Origin: the human T2T-CHM13v2.0 reference genome, Homo sapiens
DNA: 64,000 nt
Direction: 5' to 3' (one strand)
Assembly: GCF_009914755.1 (NCBI RefSeq)
Contig: NC_060925.1
Shown: in pieces, positions 1-16,300 of the stretch
Layout of the letters: each line of letters starts with the position of its first letter
Position numbering within the stretch: the stretch's first letter is position 1
The notes under the pieces: generated by a model
Told to the model about the DNA's origin: nothing
Seen by the model: only the letters and a program-made list of their open reading frames with translations
The model's database searches: none
Translations under genes and position numbers: made by a program

Positions 1-3000
1 GTCTAACCATCTTCTATCCCAAACAACTGGCCAACATGAGAGCCTGTTTTCTTGAGCATAGAATGGTGGTAGGTATTTCAGCCTCTATGGAATCTGACCT
101 GCTGATTAGTTATACAAGGCTAAAACTGACTGAAGTGTGTATGTAAGACAACGGTCTGGGAAGAGAAGCACTAAATTTAAGCTCACAGGGAATCAACCAC
201 TTAAAATGGTAAATTCAGATAGAACTTTATCCAGATTTCATTTTTATGCATCCTCTCTACAAGCATAAACGCTTATCTTACTCACTTCCCATCTCATGAT
301 GCTATCATCAATTCTTATAAAATTTAGAAAAGAATAGGTGATGTCTCCTAATTAGAGAGTTTGCTTCTGTCACAAACTGTGACAGTCAGTGTCAGCCTTT
401 GCCTGGAAGAAAATGAGTCACTTTTTCATTAGTAATCAAGTTATGTCTATTTTTTAAGAGTGACCCAGAAATTCAAGGCCATGAGTTTCAGCAATACGAG
501 ACAGAGAATCAGACACCACAAACATTGTATACAAATAGAATTAAGACAGAAAAATTAAAGTCAAGGAGGTACAGAGTTACTTTTCAGGATGACTGAGGTT
601 TCAGAAAGGGCAAGTTGCCCCGTAAAATATTCTCAAGATGTGTCTGGCTTACACAACGAGAACCAGTATTTCAAAATCTTAAAGTGACAGGCAGTTAAAC
701 GACTAAGGCACTACCATCGTCTAGGCAAGAGAATCTTAACCACCATCAAATGTTTTCCACACAGAATAGGCAGACCTAGTTTATTCTGGAAAATTGAGGG
801 TTTGGATATGTACTATATAATCAGAGGAAACAAGCAGTAAAGGACCTGAGCTAATTTGGGGTAACCAAAGACTTGGCTAACAGATGCTTCCTTACTCTGG
901 ATCCCTCATATGAATCAGATCTGGCCAGCGATATGCTGGACAGAAGATATCTGAGGTTGAGATACCTGATTTCTCAACTAAGGGAATGAACTATGCAGTA
1001 CATGAAAACCAACCCTCTTCTTAGTGCCTCTGTTTTCCTATCACTTCCCCTATCCCAATCCATTCTTGCTCTTGCCTTAGAGATTCTTAGATTCTGATTT
1101 TCCTCGCAAAACATGGCCACAAGCCTACCGCCTCTCTGTCTGGTAGAAGTACAAGAATCAAGAGTCAAGGCCAAAAAGGTCTGAGGGAAGGAGCATAATT
1201 GCTCCCAGCTGCCCTCTCTTCCTGTCCCCAGGTCCTCTCCTTCACCCTCACTCTAGGCATTCTACCTCCAAACGTTCAAGTTAACATGTGCTAAAGGAAG
1301 GATTTTCTAAATCACTTACCTGTCACTGTGAAACTAGATTAATCCACATACTGGTTTAGTAAAACCTCACACAAACCAGCATATACACAGAAGACAGCAA
1401 TCAAGATGAAGAAAACGTTTGAAACTGTGTCATTAAGAAAATGTGATGAAGAAATTGGTAATGATTATTCCAGGAAATAACAGTCCCTTCTAGTCTCCTC
1501 AGCTCCCTTCCTCTCACCCTTCTCCTACCTATCCGTCTTCTAAGGCACCACTAATATTCAAAGATTTAGGATCTAAGCAGTGCACCAAAAGTCCTCTGAT
1601 TTTACTCTTTTGTCCCACAGTACTTGTTCCTTTGTCTGAGTGTCCATAGTTATTATCTGTGCCCCTACACTGGGATATTACAAACTGTTTTATTTTACAC
1701 ATCTCTGTATGCTTCATCTCCCCAGCAAGACTTCAGAAGACTGCCACCATGTCTTATGCAGGAGAAACTGCATTCACTGTCAGACAGTCTCTGGGTACGT
1801 ATACTTGTGAATAAGGAAGTCAGGTAACACAGGCCTCTTGGGCTTTTCTGGGTATTCACAATACCCAGTACAGTGATCAGTTATAGTAGCCTGCTCAATA
1901 AATACTAGTGTGATAAAAATTAAACTTTTGTTTGAAAAGTGAGGATTCTATAGTGCTTCAGAGTCCATCTAACTTTCAGTGTTCAGCACACAGGATTATA
2001 GACAGTGACTGCAGGAAAATGACCTGAATCTATACAGATTTAATAGTCTAAATGCTACCATTCTACATAAATCCTAATCAGATTATTTTCTTATTAACAC
2101 CTACCTTTCTCCTCATATTTACGTGAAGGCAAAAAACTGGATAGAATGCTCTAGTTGAATGTGTTCGCTGAATAATATCACCCATCACTTAAATAATGCC
2201 TTTCTTAGTCTTTATTTTCACTTTTCTTTCATAAAACTCTTTTCATAAAGATCAAGTAGAAGACTGTTTAGGAGAAGAGCATTTCGAGCAGAAATTAACT
2301 GCATTACTTTTTCATAGGAGAAGGCTGATGGAGTCTAAGAATTGGCAATACATTTTTGGACACAGAGGACTAAGTGCTAGTGAAGGTCACTGACAGTGAA
2401 TAAATAGGATCTAGAAAATGTGCGGAAATCCAATAGAAAGTTTAATTTACCTTACGTTGGGTTGTAAGGTAAAACTCAACTAAAAGAAATATGAAAACAA
2501 AATGCATAACACAGTCGCATGTGCACACATGTGTGCATACACACATATGACAGGAGGACGGAGAGACACTAAACTTCATTCCTAACTACTGTATGTTGAG
2601 AGGAGGCCTAATGAAAACCTCTATCACACCCACATATTTATGCTAGCTTAACAAATTTTAAAGTGCTTGGAAATTTTTAGATGATTACTTTTTCTCATAT
2701 TCTGATATCCCCCATTCCTTTGCTATCATTCATAAGGGCAGATGTAGACAAAATTAAAGAATTTAATTAAGCCTCTCCATATCCTGAAAGAGAAATATTT
2801 CTCATTTTGCTTAGTCACAAAAAAAGGGAGAAAAAAAGAATTCCTGTGTGAAATTAATGGTGCTAATGAGACATGCCTGAATAAGAAACTTCACATAAGA
2901 TTACGATTGACCTGGAGACTGTGTTGAAAGAAACCTAGCTAAATTCACATCTATTAATGCCAGACTGCAGGCCAAAATTTGTTGATTTAATTTCTTGGCA

Positions 3001-3161
3001 GTTACCCAAGACAGGTAAAAGGATATAGGCAGAGCCTAAGAACCAGATTCTCCTACTTCTTCACTGAACACTGAAATATATAAAGGTCCCAACTGAAAGA
3101 ATAAAAATTAGTTGAAAATAGTATGGAAATTATGTTGCTATGTGTTAAGAAGCTACTAACT

Positions 3162-3399
3162 GGCCAGGCACAGTGGTTCAGGCCTGTAATTCCAGCCCTT
3201 TGGGAGGCAGAAGTGGGAGGATCACTTGAGCCCAGGAATTCGAGACCAGCCTGAGCAACATGTGAGACCGTGTCTCTATAAAAAGTTTTAAAAATGGGAG
3301 ACTGAGGCAGGAGGATGGATGGCTTGAGCCTAGGAGGTGGAGGCTGCAGTGATCCATGATTGCTCTACTGCACTCAAGCCTGGGCCACAGATGGAGATG
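3162..3399 (+). mobile_element. Alu (AluJ-like) with internal deletion and no tail
   Basis: ggccaggcacagtggttca...atcacttgagcccaggaattcgagaccagcc...; flanked by gcta(c/g)taac. Confidence 0.85.
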
Positions 3400-4415
3400 C
3401 TAGTAACCAAGACTTCCTTTACAAAAGACCCCTTAGGGAAACATCATATTTGATAAAGGATTTTAATAGGACATAAGTATTAATAAGAATCACTTAGGAA
3501 TGGTACTGTTAAAGGGTCCAGATCTCAAGTCCTAATACAAGGAAAAGCCTCACAGGACATACTCATATGCATCTGTAACTCACTATGCAAATGTAAGGTG
3601 CCATATTCAACAACTTGTGACTTTTGTGCTGGCAACAACATTTATCAAAAATCACTGAATTTAACCTGTCTCAATTTCACAACTGCATAAATCTGTCTGG
3701 ACTTGCTCCTGTTCCATTAGTAAAAAGAAAGGAGAAGTTTCAAATTAGTTCTCTCTACTGAAGCACACTTTAATAGACAATATCCTCTATCCCCACCTTC
3801 ACTGCCCTCTTCTTCTATTTCATCCACAGTTATTACATTGAGCTTTCATGTTAAAGGCCATTTCTCAGAAATGCAGTATTCACCAAACCTGGCCCATGTA
3901 CACTCATGTAACTATATGCAGATTTAGTGTTCTAGAATGATATGAGGTACTCAGGCCTACCTAATGCTACTGTCTTTAAATTTAGAAATTACATAAAGCA
4001 GTGTTTTAATCATATTCCTGATCTGAAAAGTCCCCTTTTTGTATACTTTCAAATGTTCCACACTTCCTTTTCAGAAGGTTCCATTTGAACTACAAACTTA
4101 AAACAGGTAATTCTGTCCCATTTTATTGACAGGCAAACTGAGACTCAAGGTGACAGTACATTTTCCACGAGTATATCTCAGGTTAGCTACAGAGTGATGG
4201 GATCTTGAGTGAATTATTTAACTTCTCTTAGCTTCCATATAGTCTCTCTCTCACATGAGGACTAAAGTAAATACATGTTAAACTACTTGAGAACAGACCC
4301 TAATACGCAATAATGTTAGCTAGCATTATAGACTTTAACTTGCCAAAGATCCAATTGTTAATAGGAATCAGGACTCAAACTTAAGTCTATCTGGCATAAA
4401 AAAACCTATGTCCTC

Positions 4416-4734
<319 letters not shown>

Positions 4735-4819
4735 TCACCAGTCAAGGATCTTCCAGGACCCTTACTCCACTCACCAGTGCAGGCTGAACCATACTAGATC
4801 ATAAGGCAAAAGAAAAAAT

Positions 4820-4996
4820 CAGTAGTACTTATCTCCTTATTTAAAATTTTGATAATTTTCAACTTATTTTGCATTAATTTTGATTTTTTGAACAACTACA
4901 TACAAACATTATTTTGATTAGTGAGTTTTTTGGCACTCTCTTAAATTTCACAAGAGAGGCCTGTGCCTTACTTGCCTCACCATGGTCCCAGCCCTG
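4820..4996 (-). mobile_element. hAT-Tip100-like DNA transposon fossil (MER91/MER96-like)
   Basis: Minus strand starts cagggctgggaccatggtgaggcaagtaaggcac...aaatttaagagagtgccaaaaaactcactaatcaa, resembling that family from memory. Confidence 0.45.
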
Positions 4997-6139
4997 CCAT
5001 TCACTGGCGGCCCCTGTACAGAAGGCCACATTATAGTCAGTTTTTTTCATACTTGGCTTTACTCTGAACCTCTCTAAGAAGCCCAAGTTAATGAACTGGT
5101 AATTATTTTATGACTTCCCAAAGAAGTGTGAAATAATATGATAACAATATTGATTAACTGCAACTACTACCACAGACTTGAGTTATCTGTTATATGTGGT
5201 ACTCATAAATAGCATGCAATAAATAACTCTTGAATTAATAAAACCTGAACACATTACATTTTAAGAAAAGATTACTCTATGAGAGGTATTTAATGAGCCA
5301 AGAAAACAGCATTCTTTGTTTTATGTTAAAAAGATAAATGAACTATGGAAAACTGGCCAAGCTTCTGCTATCATTTTCCAGAAAAACTATATACACAATG
5401 TTCAGCTAAATAGGCACCGTACTTGAAGGAACTAGGCTGGCAGAACCAGTTTCAGCTGAGAAGAAAGAGAAAGTAATTTAACAGTTGATATTTTTCCCTG
5501 TCTATTTCTTTGATCTGACAATGCCCCTGTGCCTCCCTGAATGCACTCACAAGAAGGTGAAGGAAAAGGGGAAATGCTGAGTCAGCCATGACTTCTGAAA
5601 ACGCCTTTTTGGGGGAGAAGCACCACAACAGAACCATTGCGAATGCATCCTCCATAAAAAGCTAAGTTCTAAGGGATTATGAGTGTCTCTACTCTCTACT
5701 TACTATACAGACATTTACCAAGAAGACAAAGAAGGCAATGGCTCTAGTTTTTCTTGGATGGATTCAGGAAATCTGGACCACCAACATGACTGCCTAATCC
5801 TGGCAAGGAAAATTGTTAGCTGTTAATGTTTAATGTTTATTACAGCTAGCAGACAAGTTTTAGACAAAATGTGACACAAAGTTATATTTTATAACACTTT
5901 ATATTTATAATAATTTACCTTAAAGTGTAGTTTTTAGATCAGCACTTTAGCAAAAAGTGGACATTCTCAAATGCAAGCACCCATCTACAGGAATGTATAC
6001 AACTCACAGTGACTTTCTGCTGTTTTACAAACACTACGTTAGATATTTACCAAGTGGTATGTATGAAATTCTGAAAGGCCCCTTTATATTTCCAATTTTC
6101 ATCATTAAAAATAATTGCAGAGTAACTTATATCAGACTA

Positions 6140-7020
6140 GCCCTCTTGCTCTGGACAAAATATCAAAGGCACTGGAGAATCACTGAAAGCAGGCATAAAC
6201 TAGAAGGGATATAAGCCTCAGAAAAAGCAAAGCAAACTATATGAAACCCACATTTACAGTTTTGTTTTTTTTTTTATCGTGAAGGTACACCCCAGTTCAT
6301 GCAGCAGAAGAGGAAGAGTGTGCAAGCAGAAAATGGAAGTCCTGTGATACTGAGGAGTCAGAGGTATCTGGAGCTGTCACAGCAGCTAGAATATGAGGAG
6401 AAAAATTCCTGGAAAAGACAGAACCACAGAGTGGGTAGCTTCAAAGTATGCATACAACTCTGCTCAAATCCTTAAATAATTCCTGACTATGCATGAGCAA
6501 GATAAGATTCAGAAACCCAAGAGAAAGTAAGAGCTGGACGGCTGAAAAGACTGAGCAGAAGGCTCCTGGGGCTGGGAGGACAAGTTCTGCCTTAGAGGGG
6601 CTTAATGAACACCTCAGGGCTTGGTAGGCCCCTCACACTTACCACTGAACCCCTAGAAGGGTCACATCTTGGGAATAAGAACCCTATCCCATGACTAAGA
6701 TTTGTGTCATCGGACTAAGGGCAGAACAGAAGTAGGCCCACCCTAACGTGTCCTAAAACCTAGCATCCATAGGATCAAGATGATCTGCCAATCTTGACAA
6801 AATTCAACATTCTTTAGTGGGAGATAAACTTTAAAATCTATCACCCACAATGTCCAGTAAGTAATGTAAAACTACCATACATGTGTAAAGTAAAGGGAAG
6901 TCATACCCATGGTCCAAAGAAGGAGCAGTTGATAGAAACAGAAACACATCCATAGACAACCCAGATGTTAAGAACCAGCAGACAAAGATTTTAAATAACT
7001 ACAATAAATGTCCTTAAAAT
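6140..7020 (+). mobile_element. Ancient L1M 5' / ORF1-proximal fragment
   Basis: Ends in cccagatgttaagaaccagcagacaaagattttaaataactacaataaatg, typical of old L1M 5' ends. Boundaries uncertain. Confidence 0.5.
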
Positions 7021-8179
7021 ACATATTTTGTCAATTATACAAATCATAACCTAACCTACCCCCAGAATCCTAGTGAACTTGAGTTGTCCATGATCTTTAA
7101 TCAAATTGGGATTTAGAATGGTTTATATTTGAAAGTCTGAAGCAAACAACTTGAAAGTGATTAATGACATCAAATTTAATTACATATTTACACCTCCCAG
7201 TAGGACAAGGGAAAGAATAAAATATCTTATCTCCCTGTAGTGAGACAGCTTTATTAAGATTTGACAGTAGTTATTTAACAGCAATAATTGAGTTTTATGC
7301 AAGATTATACACGTTCTCCTAATCTGGCATCAAAATCTAATCACAGACTGATAGGGTACTTAGGCTCCTAACAGTGAGAAAAAACAGTGGAGCTGAGTAC
7401 AAAACTAATCTTCAAAAGTAGTTATCTTCATCTGTCAATGTGATCTTATCAAGGATTTTTATAATTTCTATAAACAATCATTATATTTTAGCTGAATCAG
7501 TAGCATTATGCTGTCTAAACAGATAGTCAGATTCCTTCTATTTTAAAACACTTTCTACCAGTTCCCATCCCACCACTCACCACTCACCCCTACGCTGGCC
7601 CTGTAAAAGGAATTTGGCTTCAACTTTCTTTTCTTAATCCACTAAGCAATCGCATGAATAAAAAGATAATCACATGCCCTGCATGCCTGATAGAATTTTT
7701 ATAAATCTTCTAAGTGTTTTAATATTTATTTTCTATTTTGTGAAAATAATATTTACTGAACAAGCTAGATCATCTTCTTTCTCCACAGAAAAAAAGGTAA
7801 GGTTGGTGAAAATACACTGAAAGCTCTGCTAGGTACACATTATTTTTGCATAAAATTTTGCTTAAAATTCTGTGGAGGCTGGCAAAGCACTGTAGAATGA
7901 TTGACATGGCTGCCTTGATATTGTTCTTGCTTTTTCTTTGTCCACTTATGTTGACCCTGCCACTCCTAAATATGCTAATATTACTTTTGCTGAGGTAGGG
8001 AATCACTCTCTTTATACAAGTTTTGTTGTTCATCTTGGTCTCCCAAAAGGATGGCCTCACCAAATTTTTTCTTACTCTCTCTCAAGGAGTTTGTTTCCCT
8101 CAAAACAGGAAAGACATCTGAGGGACATACCCAGAACTGTATCCATAAGCATTCCATCCTATCAACAATTAACAAGTAG

Positions 8180-8433
<254 letters not shown>

Positions 8434-8720
8434 CAACCTTGGTTGGAGAGTATGAGACTAGCAGCCCAACAGTCCAACAAAGAACTATTGGACTTCTTCC
8501 CAACAGTGACCCTTAGGTGTCCTCTCCTGGTAAGTGCTCAGAGATTAGTCTCCCCTAGAAACCTTCTTTCCCCATGTCAGACCAAAAATATATAGGCGAA
8601 CACTTAGAACATATTTGAAATTCTCCATATATAAGTCACCAAGTTGAATGATCTTCAAATAGAACCAATTTGCCTCTCTGTATGGTATTACCACCCTGAA
8701 TGCTATGTGAAGTAAATAAA

Positions 8721-9315
8721 TTTTTTTTAAATTTTACTTTTAAGTTTTGGGATACATGTGCAGAATGTGCAGGTTTGTTTCATAGGTATACATGTGCCAT
8801 GGTGGTTTGCTGCACCTATCAACCCGTCATCCAGGTTTTAAGCCCCACGTGCATTAGGTATTCATCCTAATGCTCTCCCTCCCCTTTCCCCCCACCCCCT
8901 GACAGGCCCCAGTGTGTGATGTTCCCCTCCCTTTGTCCATGTGTTCTCATTGTTCAACTCCCACTTATGAGTGAGAACATGCCGTGTTTGGTTTTCTGTT
9001 CCTGTGTTAGTTTGCTGAGAATGATGGCTTCCAGCTTCATCCATGTCCCTGCAAAGGACATGAACTCATTCTTTTTTATGGCTGTATAGTGTTCCATCAT
9101 GTATACATGCCACATTTTCTTTATCCAGTCTATCACCGTTGGGCATTTGGGTTGGTTCCAAGTCTTTCCTACTGTAAATAGTGCTGCAGTAAACACACAT
9201 GTGCATGTGTCCTTATAGTAGAATGATTTATAATCCTTTGGGTATATACTCAGTAATGGGATTGCTGGGCCAAATGGTATTTCTGGTTCTAGATCCTTGA
9301 GGAATCGCCACACTG
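8721..9315 (-). mobile_element. L1PA 3' fragment (ORF2 C-terminus plus 3'UTR), sense to NOTCH2
   Basis: ORF 8954-9313 WRFLKDLEPEIPFGPAIPLL...WIKKMWH...WMKLEAIILSKL is the L1 ORF2p C-terminus; typical 3'UTR follows. Confidence 0.95.
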
Positions 9316-10593
9316 AAATTTTTAAAGGAGAGAACCAGTGTCTTCTTATTTAACATAAATAGATAAGAAACATGTGCATGATGGTATCTACTTAGCACCT
9401 TTTAGTTTAAGAAACACATTGCTGAACAATAACTACACCAGGCACTGTACTAGGCATTAACTATGCAAAAAATGCATAAGACTAAGACCTCACATTCTAG
9501 CAAAAGAAACACATCAACAAATGACCATAATGCAATGGGGTTAACTACCACAAGAGTTGCATAACAGAATAAAGCAAGCAACTAAGGCACCAAATGCCAC
9601 AAAAAGACTAAACAAGATTTCAGTGGCCTACTCTAAGGTATTAAGTTCCCTCCCTTATTATCTCCAGTTGTATCTCCATTCTTAGAGGAGAATGCACCAC
9701 GTTTTTTTTTCCCCCAGCTAGAAAAACTAAATGAGCAGCCCATAATAAGCTACATAAAACCTTTATTTCCAATGTTATCTTTATTCCAATCCAAACAACC
9801 TATTGTTAAGCTTTACTGTCATCACAGCTTAAAATATTTTCACTTTAGTGAAGAAAATTATTTCTGACTTGAAAAAAAAAATCTTGTTTATAACATTAAA
9901 AAACTAAATCCTGGTGTCAGAACAGATCTCACTGGAAAAAAGTTGTAATTACATTCCTGGTAAGAAATAAAAATGTGTTGGATAAACTCACTTAAAATGC
10001 TTACTAAGCAAGTACCTCCACCAAAGCAAAGAACAACTACTCCTCACAAAAATGAAGGAAAAGAAGAGAAATTTCATATTACCAAATTTTATTTCTCCAG
10101 CATCTTCCCTGAAATAAAAAGAATGGATACATATTCCTCTTAAAAATTTTCAATTGAGGCAGAAGAAAAAAAAATTATTTGCAGGAAACCTAGAAAAGCT
10201 ATTATGAAATTATCTCACAGCCTTCCTCAAACAAACAAAACGTCTTGGCTAGAGTAGATGGTTGGAGAAAAAGGAAAAAAAAATGCTCTTAAGCCAAGAA
10301 CTAGCCTACATTTTCCTTCATCCTTACTCTTTTATCCCCATATAATAATACACACCCAAAGCCCCTGCTCCCCCTCAATCTACACACATGCACACATCTT
10401 CCTCTCTCACTGTCTCACTTTCAGAATTAGATTTTTTACACTAGAAAAAAATATGAATATAATATTCACATATACTGGGCCGAATATTAAAGTTGATATC
10501 TATTTGGTTTTACTTAAAAACAAGATAATAGGTAACATGTTAAGGGGAGACTCTAAGAGTATGCCTTAATCTGAAAAACACAAGGGAATCTAA

Positions 10594-10908
<315 letters not shown>

Positions 10909-11165
10909 TACCCCATATACATTAACTAGCCACTCACTGAAAAGTCTTTTTCATAGTGAGAAAGATAACAGTAAGATAGTAAGAAGTTCTTATTAGCCAA
11001 TTATCTGGCATCCACATCCTTCCATCCTCACCCCCAACCAAAATCTGTACCAGGAAAGCTCAAGAACCAGTAACATTCCACAGAAGCATTAAAAATAGAG
11101 GAGTAGAATCAAATCTTGTCCAGTGTTCTATCGCAAAAAGAAAATATATGAAGAGAAAAACTTAC

Positions 11166-11247
11166 TTGCAGTATCCTGTGCCATTGTGGTAGGTAACACA
11201 CATTCCTTCATTTACACAGGGTTCATAGCCATCTCGACACTGCAATG
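11166..11247 (-). CDS. NOTCH2: NOTCH2 exon 2 (82 nt): (A)[26 protein letters not shown](K), first part of EGF-like repeat 1
   Basis: Acceptor ttctaatgtgcatttgtttttatttttag|CATTG with a CTAAT branch-like motif; donor CAA|GTAAGT. The phase matches exon 1 (G|CA = Ala). Translated by hand; too short for the ORF track. Confidence 0.96.
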
Positions 11248-12602
11248 CTAAAAATAAAAACAAATGCACATTAGAAGTAAGTCACTAATCATAACCCTCA
11301 GACACCAAAGAAGTGTAATCCAATCCAGATCAGCATTCATTCCCACCTAATCTGGGTTTCTTTTTAGAGTTTTAATCAGTTTTTTATGTTCTGGCTTCTA
11401 GCACAGAAGCCCATCCCAAAACTATCTTCCAACAATAACCACGTTTGTGGTCTTGAATGATGCTCTTATTTCTCTGTGTTTTAGTATCTCCAGCTGTTAC
11501 ATCTCCATCTCCCAATTAAAAATTAAAGCCATACCATCTATGGCATGACACATCATCTTGGGATTTAGATACTTCAGATGAGTATTATAAGGATTCATCA
11601 ATGAGTGTTTAGGAAAATGCTAGATAAATAATAGATCACCATTATACTGATGAATTACTTAGCCTTCAGGTGAAGTTTTAAAACAGACCGCTTCAAGAAG
11701 TAATCAGAAACAGCAATAACAGTAATTCGACAAACTAAAATTGAGAGCCTAGTATGCACCAGGCACAAAATTAGGATCCAGAAAAAAGGAGAAATGGAAT
11801 ACATAAATAAACGAATAAACATAATCTCTAGCTTTAAGGGGCCCATAAAAAGATGGGGAGTAGATCATGAATAGAGACTGCAGAGAGAGTATCAAAAGAA
11901 ATAAAAGGAGAAGGCAATTTTATACATACAGATAAAACAAAAATTCTCAAACTGTTGATTCCCCCATTCCCTTTAAGAGACAATAAAAAGGCACTTTACC
12001 ATCTGAGGCCCTCCCAAAAACAGACTTTTCAGAGAAAAGAACAAAAACAACAGCAATAGTAGACATTTTCATTGATTTCAGCCAAGAATGGAAGAAGTCT
12101 ACTCGAAATCTGCCAATCACTTGCTGGATAATTACAATATCTTGATTGTTTAGCTTTTAGAGTTGAAATTTTCATCACCAAAATACATATCAAGAACCCT
12201 AACAACTGGAAAGGTAAGACAGAAAGAAACCTAGTCAAACAATAAATATCAAATTGAAGCTCATGAACTCTTTCTTGGAAGTTATTAAGATGTCCATCTC
12301 TTATGATAGTTAATGTATAAATACCTGAAAGCAAAACTGAGAAGTTCCCCCTCTCCAAGTTTCCTCTAACCACACCACTCTATGCATAAATTGTGCAAGA
12401 TCAGAGAGACGCTAGGCCTGGCCATCCCTGGCCACGAAACCAGTAGCCCAGGTGCAAGCTGGATGTCAGAACAACTCCTCCAACAACAATTACTGCATAA
12501 AAGCCCAGTATTGTATCCAGTAGTAGAATCATTTGAGAACATGTTTACAGAAAATGCATCCCATCCTTGAAATAATATTTTTAAATGGTAATAGTAATAA
12601 TA

Positions 12603-12822
12603 ATAATAGGCTAACACATAGAACTTACTAAATACCAGGCACTATCCTAAGTACTTTACATAAATTAGCTAACTAATTCAATCTTCACAACAACCCTTAG
12701 AAGTAAATTTCATTATACCCACTCTCAGGTGAGAAAACAGGGAGGATAAGTGGCCTGCCTACTGCCATGCCAGTGAGTTAGAAAGCCAGAATTTGAATCC
12801 AGAGACTCTGCCCTTAACCACC
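12603..12822 (-). mobile_element. MIR
   Basis: ccaggcactatcctaagtactttacat...atcttcacaacaaccct...gaaagccagaatttgaatcc. Confidence 0.7.
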
Positions 12823-13876
12823 AAGATACACTGCTTCCCACTACCTGAAATTTCTCAGGATTGGCAGCGTGGATATTATTATACCCATTTACCAATAGTA
12901 GAGGCCAGAGAGAATAAGTGGCCTCTTTATGGGGCATTGCGCCACTAGCTGGTGGCAGTGCTGGGCCTAGGACCCAGGTCTCAGTAAAAGTCCAACCCAT
13001 CTCTATGACAGCTGTTGGGATCACACAAAGAGTCACCAGGCTGCAGGCCCAAACAGGCAAATTCAGGAAGAGGGTCATCTTGTTGTCCATATCCCACTTC
13101 CCTGTAAGGCTCAAATGCTCCCTCTTCCCACACTGATAAGCCCAATGCAACAACTATAATTAAAACAGTTAATGTCAGGTTATTTCCTCCATACCAAAGT
13201 TCTCAAACTGATTTTTTCATTCTCTTTAGACACTTTTATTAGTTTCAGTGAGAACTTCCGGGGTTTTTTCTATTTACTTTTTTTCTTTAAATAAAATAAT
13301 AAATAAATAAAACCCTCACAGTAGGAAAGGAATGTCCTGTAGGCACAGAAAAAGCTGTAGCTCTGTCCCCCTGCAGGAATCCTGGTGCAGTGGAGGGACT
13401 CAGGAGACCTGAAATCCTGTCTGTACCCCTAACTGCAAGCAAAGCACAACTTCATGGGGGCTCAATTTCCCTACCTGTACCAAGCTGAGAGCGAACTAAA
13501 TGTCCCTGAAGGTTCCCTGTGATCCACCAGCGACAGCTCCCTCCTTATAAGTACATGAATGGCATGCCCAGTGCCTGAAGAAACCTGGAGTACATAATGA
13601 CCCAGCCACCCATGACTCAGAATGCCATGGGTGCAAAAATCACGGCCTGTTCCTATTAAGTGTCCTGACAAATCATTACAGTGACAGGTTCAGAGAAATA
13701 CAAATAACCCAAAGTCAATATGTAGCAATCAATCTAGCAAATAACTTTACAGCCTAGCCCTAGTGAACCAATCAAACTCAGTGACTGAAAAGAAGGTGGG
13801 CTTACCAGGCTAATAATTAATGCCACTTGGCTGATGTGTGGGATCATGCTACCTTGAACCTTTAGCATTTACTGAG

Positions 13877-14052
13877 CCACGGTTCTCAAACTTTAGTAAG
13901 CATTGGAATCACTTGGAGGGCTTTTTAAAAAAGAGTGTTAGACTCGACCCCCACAATTTCTGACTAAGTCCGCAGGGAGCCTGGGAATCTGCATTCCTAA
14001 CAAATTCCCAGGTGATGTTGATACCACAGGTCTGAGGAACCACACACTGACT
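13877..14052. mobile_element. MER5A-like hAT-Charlie element
   Basis: ggttctcaaactttag...gaatcacttggagggctt...gaatctgcattcctaacaaattcccaggtgatg. Confidence 0.75.
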
Positions 14053-14154
14053 ATGACTATATGAACGCTTGAGTGTCCACTTTTAAAAATACTCAAAAGC
14101 TATATAATATAGAGGTCTTAGATGATTTAGATGATAACATATTGTCTGAATAAA

Positions 14155-15197
<1,043 letters not shown>

Positions 15198-15749
15198 ATC
15201 TTGAGACTCGTGGCTTTACTCAGGAGCAAAAATGAATACTATAATTATCTTCCATACAAAGAGAAATTAAAACTTTGATAACCTGAAGCCATGAAAGTGA
15301 GACCGGGACAGACCTCATTTCAAAATTCAATTTACTTTTTTCCAATGTAAAACACTTAAATTTAACAATAAAATTGAAGGCAGCTTCATGCTTATAAAGT
15401 AAAAAAAGAAACATTAATCATACCATAGAGAATTGATGTTTAAACTGATGCTTTAATAGACTCCAAGAAACTAGTCACTCACAAAGAGTCACATTTAACC
15501 CCAATTTTCATGTCAATAAATATTTGCTGGCTGAAATAAATCTTATTTACTGTGTGTGTATCTGCTGTTTGTGCAGGCCCTCCTCTACTCCACCAAAAAA
15601 AAAAAAAAAAAAAAAAGCAAAAAGAAGTAGTAGATTTCAATCTCATCACTCCATCATTTGGCAATATAATACAAAAATCTAGAAGCCAATTTCCAATTTT
15701 CATACACTTTCAGTGCAGTGCATTTGGGAACTAGCTATCTAATATTCAG

Positions 15750-16300
15750 AACATATTTAGAAAGCATCTACTATCGGCAGGCACAAGCCCTGATGTCAGG
15801 GATACCGTAGTATACAGAATAAACTCCCTGTCCTCAGGAACCTTATTTCTATAAGAGAAAGGTGGCTAAAAAATTAATAAATAAAATAATTTAGGACAGT
15901 AATAAGCGATAAGTTCCATTGGAAACAAAACCCAGTAATGTATAAAAAGCAATCATGAAGGCTGGGGGTGCAGGAGTGTACCTCAGATAGTGTCTAGGAA
16001 AGGCCTCCCTGAGGAGGTATGCTTTGAGCTACAATGTAAATGAACAAGTGTCATGAAGATATGAGGGAAGAGCACCCCAGGCAGAGGAAACAACAAGTGT
16101 AAAAGCCTTGAAGTGGGAATTAGACTGGTATTCCAGGTTCATATGGCTAGAGGTTATTAAGCAAGGACAGAGGCCAGGGAGGCAGGCTGGGGTTAGATCA
16201 CAAGAGCCCATGATAAGAATCACAGCTCTAAGTAGGAGAGTAAACTACTCAGCTGTTTTAAATAAGAAAAATGACACAGATTTATGTTTGAAAAAAGTCA
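15750..16300. mobile_element. L2 fragment
   Basis: catatttagaaagcatctactat...ctccctgtcctcaggaacctta...ggaaaggcctccctgaggaggt...ccaggcagaggaaacaacaagtgtaaaagcc. Confidence 0.65.

Noticed and set aside
1314-1322. Perfect CAG|GTAAGT donor in intron 2
   Set aside because: No convincing upstream acceptor and no NOTCH2-like coding sequence.
8954-9313. 119-aa ORF with a protein-like sequence
   Set aside because: It is the C-terminus of L1 ORF2p in a truncated L1PA, not a host gene.
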